The position numbers and the translations under genes were made by a program. The notes under the pieces are model-generated. The model saw only the letters and a program-made list of their open reading frames with translations. It did not search any database and was not told the DNA's origin. A DNA stretch of 23,165 bases from Fibrobacterales bacterium (lineage in GTDB: Bacteria > Fibrobacterota > Fibrobacteria > Fibrobacterales > JAOPTW01): positions 1 to 23,165 of the forward strand of contig JAOPTX010000004.1 of NCBI GenBank assembly GCA_051532055.1, written 5' to 3'. Shown here piece by piece: positions 1 through 7,778 of the stretch; position 1 is the stretch's first letter; each line of letters begins with the position of its first letter.

Positions 1-2
1 CT

Positions 3-191
3 GAAGCATTCAAACTTGAAGACGTAGTTCCTGCAGTAGTAATGGAACTTGATCATAGTAACAGAAAGCTTTTCTTAAGCACTGTTGACTACTTCAAACA
101 AAAAGATGATGCTGAGTTCCAAGCGTACTTAGCAGAACACCCACCTACAAATGCAGGTACTAATCTTGCAGATGCAGGTCTTGAAAGCTAA
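3..191 (+). CDS. rpsA: 30S ribosomal protein S1, C-terminal end (partial, begins before window)
   Basis: Frame 3 reads EAFKLEDVVPAVVMELDHSNRKLFLSTVDYFKQKDDAEFQAYLAEHPPTNAGTNLADAGLES*, stop TAA at 189-191. This fits the end of the last S1 repeat (F...D.V.A.V.E.D..NR.L.LS) plus the typical acidic tail ending in T.L.D. A strong terminator follows. Confidence 0.82.
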   Translation, partial: EAFKLEDVVPAVVMELDHSNRKLFLSTVDYFKQKDDAEFQAYLAEHPPTNAGTNLADAGLES

Positions 192-217
192 ACTGAATAT
201 TTAAGAATATTCTTTCT

Positions 218-250
218 AAAAGGGCAGGTCAATTGACCTGCCCTTTTTTT
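218..250 (+). terminator. Rho-independent terminator of rpsA (perfect palindrome, potentially bidirectional)
   Basis: AAAAGGGCAGGTCAATTGACCTGCCCTTTT (218-247) is a perfect 30-bp palindrome whose T run extends to 250, 26 nt after the stop codon. Confidence 0.92.
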
Positions 251-391
251 GTATTTAGAATTAAAAAGGAGTACTATTGTCAGTTCAACTACTAAATACT
301 AGACAATATTAAGTTTTGACTAAAAATTGATTGAATTATATGATTGATAACTATATATTTGTAGATGTATGAATGATATGTTTGGTATATA

Positions 392-1162
392 ATGGACTTT
401 CTAGAGAATTGTATAGAGAATGCCCCGATAGAAGATGTTGTGAAAGGGGTGATGATAGATGAGAAAAAAGGCGAACTCTCCTGTATCATCTGTGGCAAAA
501 AATTTCATAACGGTGTAATCTACCCCCATGAAAAGTTGTTACTTGAGGCTCATAAGGCAGTAGAGCTTCATGTGGCTAAAGAGCATGGCGGAGTATTTCA
601 TGAATTGCTTGCTGGGGGTAAAGAGGTTACTGGTGTCAGTGATATCCAAAAGGAGCTTCTTGAGTGTATGTACTCCGGGGCCAGTGATAAAGATATTGCT
701 GCACAGCTCGGGGGAAAGTCGGAGTCGACCATTCGTAATCAACGCTCTACTCTTAAACGAAAAAAGAGGGAGGCGAAGCGACTTCTCGCTTTGATGGAAA
801 TCTTAGAACAACGAGCAAGTCATTCTGAAAGCTTTCTTTCGTTTCATGCTGATCTTCCCACACAAGATGATCGAGCAGTGGTCTCTGATAATGAAGCACA
901 AAAAATATATAGTACCTATTTTGATGCGAAAGACCCGTATAAGGTACTGCGGTTTCCTAAAAAACAAAAAATTAAACTGGTTATTCTTAAGCGCGTAAGT
1001 CAGCTATTTAAAAGAGGTAGTGCATATAGTGAGAAAGAGGTGAATGAGATCTTAAAGCTAGTGTATCATGACTACATAGAGATGCGTCGGTACCTCATTG
1101 ATTATGCTTTTCTTGAGCGTACTGCAGATGGTTCTCAGTATAGCGTTAATAAAAGTGTGTAG
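392..1162 (+). CDS. DUF2087 domain-containing protein with N-terminal CxxC/His motif and LuxR-like HTH (putative regulator)
   Basis: C-terminal FPKKQKIKLVIL...YSEKEVNEILK..YHDY..MRRYLIDYAFLERTADGSQY matches DUF2087. The N-terminus has CIIC...H....H. The middle SDIQKELLECMYSGASDKDIAAQLGGKSESTIRNQR is HTH-like. Confidence 0.85.
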   Translation: MDFLENCIENAPIEDVVKGVMIDEKKGELSCIICGKKFHNGVIYPHEKLLLEAHKAVELHVAKEHGGVFHELLAGGKEVTGVSDIQKELLECMYSGASDKDIAAQLGGKSESTIRNQRSTLKRKKREAKRLLALMEILEQRASHSESFLSFHADLPTQDDRAVVSDNEAQKIYSTYFDAKDPYKVLRFPKKQKIKLVILKRVSQLFKRGSAYSEKEVNEILKLVYHDYIEMRRYLIDYAFLERTADGSQYSVNKSV

Positions 1163-1270
1163 GTTATCATACTATGGTAGAAGCGGTTATTGATTTACTT
1201 ATAGACTTGATTATTGTTCTTGTTGGCATTTTCTTATCAGTAGTATAGGAAGAGGTTTAATGGTAAAATT

Positions 1271-1310
1271 AAAAACCCCTTTGCAATCAAATTGCTTATG
1301 GGGGCTTTTT
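1271..1310. terminator. Imperfect bidirectional terminator between convergent genes
   Basis: AAAAACCCC-TTT-GCAAT-CAA-ATTGC-TTATG-GGGG-CTTTTT: an interrupted stem flanked by A5 and T5, between the stops at 1162 (+) and 1334 (-). Confidence 0.6.
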
Positions 1311-1333
1311 AAATATCTCATTTCGTGAGGTAG

Positions 1334-4300
1334 TTACTCCGAAAGAATACCAGTCTTAATAAGAAAGTTCTCATTGCTCCCGTCCGAGTACTTAAGCATC
1401 ACTCTCCAGATATAGACTCCTGTTGCAACTCTTCTATTGTTTTTATCCCGTGCATCCCAGCGAAGGCGCTTAGGGATTTTCTTTTTGGGTTTTGTTGGGT
1501 CTATCACTACAGGATCATTGAGTGGTACTGAATCAGATGCTGATTTGATTGCTCGAACAAATTGGCCGTAGGAGTCAAAAATGTGAATCTCAGTATTATA
1601 GGTCTCTTCGGATAAAATCGTGACAGTGTGTCCGACACTATGATTTGCGATAGGCGCATCGACGGATACTTCAGCGCTGGATACTTTATCGAGCCCCGTT
1701 ATTGGTATTGTTGTGTGGGCAAGCTCAATAAGAAGAGAATCAGTAATGACATTTGTATCTTGACGTACCATGATGCATCCTTTTACGCGCATAGTATTGC
1801 CGTGTGCAAGACCTTCCCAAATACGCCCTTCATCATCTATTTGCTTTAAAGCCGTTAGGGGGAGTGGATACGGATAGGTAGTGTCACAATTAGGAAGATA
1901 GGTGAATTGTGCGAGCCATGCATCCAATAGTTCCTCTTCCGTTGTGAGAACTGGTTCAGAAAAAGTGAAGGTAATGCGGTCATTTGATTCATGCTCACCA
2001 GAATAGGCGCCACCATTTCTTGAGGTAGTTGGTTGTTTGACAGCGGAAAGAAGAAGTGGTGATACCATGTCGGCAAGGTGGAGTTTCTCGCTGCTGAATA
2101 CAGCATCTTCAGGAAGTTGAATGTAAGGAAGCTCACCTGCTTCGAGCCCTGTTCCCTGAATACTTGATTGAATGGCAGCAAGGTCAATGATCACTCGTGA
2201 CGAGTCTTCGATATTGTTGGTCTGTGCAAAGCGTATCATCTCTGGAGTGACAGTAATGGCATGGGTATCATCAACGATATTCCAGTAGAGTGTAGGAATT
2301 GAGGATGGTAACGCAGGGAGTGGTTGAGAGAAAACAAGACTGACGGTATCTGCATGACCATCGATGTCACCATCTATGATATATGCTTTGGCGGTAGTAA
2401 GAGAGCCTTTGATACTCACCTTTTCTTCGGCAGGAGGGCTGAAAAATTCCCATTCGCCTTTGTCTCCGGGTTGATGACGTGGGGATTGTAAGTATGCAGT
2501 CACCGTTGCCTCAATGGTGATGCAAATGGTATCACCAGAAAGGATAGGCTGTTCAGTGTAATTGATGGCATCATAGGAGTAATGGATGAATGCATCGGGT
2601 ATATCACTGGTTAGTTGGACACAGATGGAATCTTTAAAAGCGACTTCCCCAGTAACGGTATCTCCTTTTAAAAGCATAATAGGGGCAGGTGCTTTGGGGG
2701 CAATGGTAAACTGCTGCATTGTTGCTTTGCTGTCGGGGATAAATGCAGCCCAAGCAATGGTTCTATAGAATATCGTTTCAATTTCAGGTTGTTCATAAAT
2801 GGTCAGAGTATCCCCACTGTAACACGTATCTTGTATGGATTCAGTGCCGTTATGATAGGTATAGATAATACGTTCGGTGAGACTATCAGTAGCATGGACA
2901 GTCACTCTCATGGAATCGGCAAAGTAGAAATCTGCATATTCTAGGTTATCGACTTTTACAAAGAGTGGTGGGGTGAGTGGATCACGCCGGGTGACGTATA
3001 GACCTGCGTAACCAATGGGGCCAACCCATTTATTGCCAATGGGATTATAGGCGCGCATAGTAAAATGAGTCGTCTTGTTGATAAATAGAGTATCGCCGCT
3101 CGTGATATAGGGGGCGGTCGTATCGAGGGTGATGCTGTCATGGGTGGCGTAATAAATACGAGCATTAGGTGCCACACTGTCGTAGACAGAGCTTAGAATT
3201 ACAGAGGCTGAATCCATAAAGAGGGAATCAGCAAGTACGGTGTCGATAAGTGTGGTGTCGGGGGCAACGGTTGCAGTGGGGGCATCAAAGGGGCCGCAAG
3301 GAAGGAGCTGTAGGCCGCCATCTGCATTAGGGAAGTAGCTTGATGCTCCATAGATGTTGCGTGCTCTTATATAAAATGAGAGAGTATCATCTTCGATAAT
3401 GGGGAGTTCCCCAGAGAAGGATGAATCAACGACCGTTAGCGTTTCTTTCTCAAAAAATGGGTCGTTAATAAATTTTTGGTAGAGAACAACGCTACTGATA
3501 CCGTAGCTATCAATGGCGCGGCCGGAGAAAGGATACGAATCAAGGCCTGGGTCGAAACACCCTTGGGTGGTGAAGTCAATGAGGGGCGGCTGATTGCCAA
3601 CCGGTATAAAATAAGGCTCCAGTTGTGGAAACTGTTTGTTGGGGGCTTTGGCTTTGAGGCCAGAATCATCCTGAGCTACAATGTAAAATTCAACCCCTGG
3701 TGAGTTTACATACCCTGATGATAGAGACGCAGTATAAGTGCTATCTCTATACGGAGACATGCGGACCACTCTATAATCATTGCGGTCATCAGGTGTTGCA
3801 ATTCTGTGGTAGAGGTAGACATTATCAATGGCACTATTGTCGGTGACGTATGCCTGTATGCTTAATGAGTAGCTTGACTGTGGAGAGTCCATGAGTCTTT
3901 TGGTGCTCTCAGTTAGCTCGACTTTTGGAGGAATATCAGATTCTATCCAAAAAGTAGTGTCGCTACTAGATTTGCCAAGAAGGTTTAGGTTAATCTGTAC
4001 ATCATTGGTGTCATAATCAAATACTCGATCGGGAGAGACATAGCAAATTTCATATTGAGATTTAATTCCGGAGCGTATGGTATTAAAGAGAGCGCCAAAA
4101 TCACCTCTATACACATTTTCATAGATACCGCCACCGGTTGAATCAGCAAATGCTTTAACCCATGGTGCATGGAGTTCTTCTTCAAGTCCAATTATATGTA
4201 TCGCGATGTCGTACTTGAGTGCTGAGTCAAGCGTGCTAGCATAGATAGAGTCCGTGATTGCACCATCGGTAAAAGCAATAATAGTTTTTGAGCCAAGGGC

Positions 4301-7300
4301 TTCTTGTTTTATAAGTTCAATACCCTTATTGAGACCAGCGATGAAATTGGTTAATCCTATTGCTCTTAATCCGCTTGCAGCACTTGCCACCGCTGAGGAG
4401 TTAGAGGTCATATATGAATGGACACGCGTATCCGTCCCTCCTCTAAAGCCAACAACGCCTGTTTTGTCGAGATAGTTCATATTGTTGGCAAAGTCTCTTA
4501 CCGCGTCTCTCGAAGCTTTTATAAATGCACTTGTATCACGTCCACTCATATCAAGGGAGCGAGATTCATCCATGACAAGCATAAAGTTTGAACCAATGAG
4601 TTCTGTGGATACATCAATAGGATACACTAGTGCATCAGAATTGGGGAGAGCAGTTGTTACATCATGATTTTGTTGCCAGACGGTAAAGTTTGCTGAGTCA
4701 AGACCGCGATAGAAGAAGCTTGGTAAAAAGGTCGTGTCTTCGACCTGTGCTGTGATACAAATACGTGGGTGGTCATCGATATTGGGTTCATCAAGGATGG
4801 TTAGAAAGGGGTGGGCACGGGTATCGAGTAAATAGTCTGCTCTAAAACGGGCGGTAGGACCAGATACAGTAATTACAACGGCTGTATCCGTAGAACTTCC
4901 TTCGGCGTAGTTAATGATGCCCTCATCAATTATCCATTCTTGAAATTCAAAGCCCCGATAAGAAGTAAGGGCTATTTCGAGTGAATCACCGTTAAAGAGT
5001 GCTTTGTAACCTGTAGGAGTAGCCTTGCCGTATTTCGAAATAATATTGAGACGCGTTCCCGATTCAAAATGGAGTAAAAATGTTCGAGTGAGGTAGCTTG
5101 AGGATGAAGGAGCGACTTTAAAATAGTAGGTGACTCCTGAGTCGAGGTCATTAAAAAATTCTTTTTGATCACCATATACAGTATTCACCCTCTGTGCTGT
5201 TGAGGTGAAGGTGCTATCAGTGCCATAGAAGGATAGGGTTTTTCGAAAGCTATAGAGAGTATCACTAAAAACAAGATTAATGGGGCGACCGTCAGCTTCC
5301 AAAGAGTAAAATATGCCATCGAGCTGCATGCTTGTGGTGGGGCCACCATGGGTTGTAAATGAATAGGCAGAGTCTTTTCGCATAATAGGATAGGTTAATT
5401 TGTTTTTAATAAATATCGGCTTGAGGTGAGTATCAGAGTTTAAGCTCATACGGTATGAGTCTGTACCGTAAGGAGTAATAGTGGGGGTGCCTTGTAGGGT
5501 ATCCCAAGAGTCAAATGTGTAAATATTGTCAGGGTCAACTTGTATTACTACTCTTTCGGATGCGGGTAATCTCAATGAATCTACTGCATATCCTTGGTAA
5601 TCGAGTATGTGGCCTCCCAGGGATGGGTCAATTTTTAAAAGATAGAGTGAATCAATATGAGCAATAAGAGTATCGTGCCCTCTGAGGGTAATACTCGTAG
5701 AGGCATAGGATGAATAGCGAATATAGGTGCTATCTAATACACTTTGCCACGTTCTAAACTCGTTATGAGTATTTGCTGTAGCTGAAAGTGAAAAGTCCTC
5801 TCCATTAATTTTTCGTTTTAATGTGTCATAATTGACGGTGCCATGCCCTTCGGTTCTAATAAATACATCAAAAACTGGCATGTATACGGCATGAAGTGTG
5901 GCTGAATTATGATTGAGTCGTGCGGTGATTGATGGAGACGTTGATGAAGAAATGGTTGGTTGAGGGTGAGAACCGGTAATTGTCCAATGACTAAATCTAT
6001 AGTTGCCAATATCTTCAGGGACGATAAATCTCATTGTGGAATCTGAAAAAATGGTATGTTGCTCATTGAAAAACTGTACGGTTGCGGTGTCGGCATAAAC
6101 AGTGAGCGTGTGTTTACTGGCTACAAAATGTGCTTTTACTGTGGCATTTGTAGTGAGTGTAACTGATGTTGAATTGTCTCTCGTATCAGCTATTATGGCA
6201 GTGCCTGATTCAACAGTCCAATGGGAGAATGCGTATTTTGGATCAGTTACTGTTGCTGTAATATATTCACTATAGTTAGGGCGGACAAAATCATCTCTGC
6301 CAGACGATGGTGTAGTGATTCTCCCACCTGTAGACGCCTCAGCGATTAAAGTCAGGGGAGTCACATATTTTGCGTTTACTGTTGCGTTACTCGTGTTTCG
6401 AATATAGGCTGTTGTGGAATTATCCCCTATACTATAAATTGAAGCGCTCCCTGAGGTTACTTCCCACTCCCAAAATATTTTCCCATTTGATCCTCTTGAT
6501 GAAGCGGTAATGTATTCTCTGTCACCACTCGATGTGTAAATAGAGCCGGAGCTCGGGGTAGAAATCGAGCCATCTGAGTCTGCTGTAACATATAACCTCA
6601 GCAATGGTTGATAGGTTGCTCTAACAATACAATCTTCGTTCACATATACGTAGGTAGAGCGGCTTGATGATGAGCTTATCCTACAGGTTGATGTTGGGTC
6701 TTCAATCCATTGTAAAAATTCATAACCCGTTTTACCAGTAGGTGCAGAAACATAATAGCTATCACCTTCAGTGACAGTATGGTTTTCATTTGGTGGATCA
6801 TTGAGTGCTTCGTCGTTATATTTAACGGTAAGGGTAAAGTTCTGTTTGTTTCTTTCAAAACTTGGTCGTAAGGTAACTGTTTTGGCGCTTGGTCTAAATC
6901 TAGTGCTTTTAGTTGTCGTTGAAGAGGGACTTCCATTTGAAAAAGTCCCAGAGCCACTCGTGCGGTCCCATTCTTCCCAGCTGTATCCCGCATCTGCTTG
7001 AGCGTCAATTGAAAGGTACTCTCCACAAACAACAGCTGTATCAGCAGTAATTGCATGTCCTCCTGTCGCTGATTGAAAGGTTATAGAGCACATGTCTCGT
7101 GTAAAGACTGCAGTTATGGTTACTTTATCTTCTGTTGGAGTAAAGGAAGTTGTATCGCTCTGTGCATTATCAAAGGTGACCCCGGTGGAAGATTCCCAGT
7201 GATCAAAGAGATACGTTGAACTGGGGAGTACAAAGATCTGATTTTTTACACCCTTTTCTACAACGATAGTCGAGCTTACCCGATTCGAATTGATGTAGGT

Positions 7301-7417
7301 AGATCCATTTGTTGAATAGACACGCACTTCAGTTTCGTACGTTTGCCCATGAGATAGTGATGCCATAGTGACGATAAAAAAGAATACTACAGCTAACTGT
7401 TTTAGGAATAGTTGCAT
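1334..7417 (-). CDS. Large secreted/surface adhesin-like protein: signal peptide, about 9 divergent InlB-B-like repeats, VWA domain, 3 CHB_HEX_C/Fn3-associated-like domains, D-x-D-x-DG module, FlgD-like C-terminal domain
   Basis: 2027-aa ORF with a signal peptide ending SLSHG|Q. It has repeated Y.F..W motifs and an intact VWA MIDAS (VMDESRS...GLTN...FTDG). Three 'P....F.DS..V.L.....I.Y' units follow, and the C-terminus reads IFDSYGQFV...WDARDKNNRRVATGVYIW. Confidence 0.85.
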   Translation of the reverse strand: MQLFLKQLAVVFFFIVTMASLSHGQTYETEVRVYSTNGSTYINSNRVSSTIVVEKGVKNQIFVLPSSTYLFDHWESSTGVTFDNAQSDTTSFTPTEDKVTITAVFTRDMCSITFQSATGGHAITADTAVVCGEYLSIDAQADAGYSWEEWDRTSGSGTFSNGSPSSTTTKSTRFRPSAKTVTLRPSFERNKQNFTLTVKYNDEALNDPPNENHTVTEGDSYYVSAPTGKTGYEFLQWIEDPTSTCRISSSSSRSTYVYVNEDCIVRATYQPLLRLYVTADSDGSISTPSSGSIYTSSGDREYITASSRGSNGKIFWEWEVTSGSASIYSIGDNSTTAYIRNTSNATVNAKYVTPLTLIAEASTGGRITTPSSGRDDFVRPNYSEYITATVTDPKYAFSHWTVESGTAIIADTRDNSTSVTLTTNATVKAHFVASKHTLTVYADTATVQFFNEQHTIFSDSTMRFIVPEDIGNYRFSHWTITGSHPQPTISSSTSPSITARLNHNSATLHAVYMPVFDVFIRTEGHGTVNYDTLKRKINGEDFSLSATANTHNEFRTWQSVLDSTYIRYSSYASTSITLRGHDTLIAHIDSLYLLKIDPSLGGHILDYQGYAVDSLRLPASERVVIQVDPDNIYTFDSWDTLQGTPTITPYGTDSYRMSLNSDTHLKPIFIKNKLTYPIMRKDSAYSFTTHGGPTTSMQLDGIFYSLEADGRPINLVFSDTLYSFRKTLSFYGTDSTFTSTAQRVNTVYGDQKEFFNDLDSGVTYYFKVAPSSSSYLTRTFLLHFESGTRLNIISKYGKATPTGYKALFNGDSLEIALTSYRGFEFQEWIIDEGIINYAEGSSTDTAVVITVSGPTARFRADYLLDTRAHPFLTILDEPNIDDHPRICITAQVEDTTFLPSFFYRGLDSANFTVWQQNHDVTTALPNSDALVYPIDVSTELIGSNFMLVMDESRSLDMSGRDTSAFIKASRDAVRDFANNMNYLDKTGVVGFRGGTDTRVHSYMTSNSSAVASAASGLRAIGLTNFIAGLNKGIELIKQEALGSKTIIAFTDGAITDSIYASTLDSALKYDIAIHIIGLEEELHAPWVKAFADSTGGGIYENVYRGDFGALFNTIRSGIKSQYEICYVSPDRVFDYDTNDVQINLNLLGKSSSDTTFWIESDIPPKVELTESTKRLMDSPQSSYSLSIQAYVTDNSAIDNVYLYHRIATPDDRNDYRVVRMSPYRDSTYTASLSSGYVNSPGVEFYIVAQDDSGLKAKAPNKQFPQLEPYFIPVGNQPPLIDFTTQGCFDPGLDSYPFSGRAIDSYGISSVVLYQKFINDPFFEKETLTVVDSSFSGELPIIEDDTLSFYIRARNIYGASSYFPNADGGLQLLPCGPFDAPTATVAPDTTLIDTVLADSLFMDSASVILSSVYDSVAPNARIYYATHDSITLDTTAPYITSGDTLFINKTTHFTMRAYNPIGNKWVGPIGYAGLYVTRRDPLTPPLFVKVDNLEYADFYFADSMRVTVHATDSLTERIIYTYHNGTESIQDTCYSGDTLTIYEQPEIETIFYRTIAWAAFIPDSKATMQQFTIAPKAPAPIMLLKGDTVTGEVAFKDSICVQLTSDIPDAFIHYSYDAINYTEQPILSGDTICITIEATVTAYLQSPRHQPGDKGEWEFFSPPAEEKVSIKGSLTTAKAYIIDGDIDGHADTVSLVFSQPLPALPSSIPTLYWNIVDDTHAITVTPEMIRFAQTNNIEDSSRVIIDLAAIQSSIQGTGLEAGELPYIQLPEDAVFSSEKLHLADMVSPLLLSAVKQPTTSRNGGAYSGEHESNDRITFTFSEPVLTTEEELLDAWLAQFTYLPNCDTTYPYPLPLTALKQIDDEGRIWEGLAHGNTMRVKGCIMVRQDTNVITDSLLIELAHTTIPITGLDKVSSAEVSVDAPIANHSVGHTVTILSEETYNTEIHIFDSYGQFVRAIKSASDSVPLNDPVVIDPTKPKKKIPKRLRWDARDKNNRRVATGVYIWRVMLKYSDGSNENFLIKTGILSE
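4860..7330 (-). repeat. Protein-level divergent repeats (about 75-85 aa, InlB B-repeat/Flg_new_2-like); bounds approximate
   Basis: Cores: TYLFDHW, GYSWEEW, GYEFLQW, GKIFWEW, KYAFSHW, NYRFSHW, HNEFRTW, IYTFDSW and, after a non-repeat insert, GFEFQEW. Each unit closes with a V/L-x-A/P-x-F/Y-like strand. No DNA-level tandem identity was noticed. Confidence 0.75.
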
Positions 7418-7579
7418 AATAAAACCTATGTGTCCCTTCGCAAGACAATGAGTCTAAAAAATAAGTAACTCAAATTAAATTGATACCTTGCGCTATATGT
7501 GTTAAATGTGTGTGTTACATGTGTTAATAACGACTTAAAGTTAGGAAATTTGAGCTAAGAGACTGATTATTGCTTAAAT

Positions 7580-7600
7580 GTATTGTGATTATTTACACCA
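7580..7600. promoter_or_regulatory. Shared upstream motif GTATTGTGAT-N5-ACACCA, copy 1
   Basis: GTATTGTGAT TATTT ACACCA, about 160 bp upstream of the 2027-aa gene start. 16 of 21 positions are identical to 11428-11448. Confidence 0.55.
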
Positions 7601-7778
7601 TTTATGAAGAAGTTATCGCTCACTATTGGTAAGCAGACGAGGATGCCGTTATTAAGTGTAATATAAGCTTGTGTGTGACAAATACTTATGGCAATACTGA
7701 AAAAAAAATCACCATAAAAAAGCGGCTATTCGCTTCTCTATAGTGATTAAGTCTTGATGAGATACTTTGACTAAAGTG

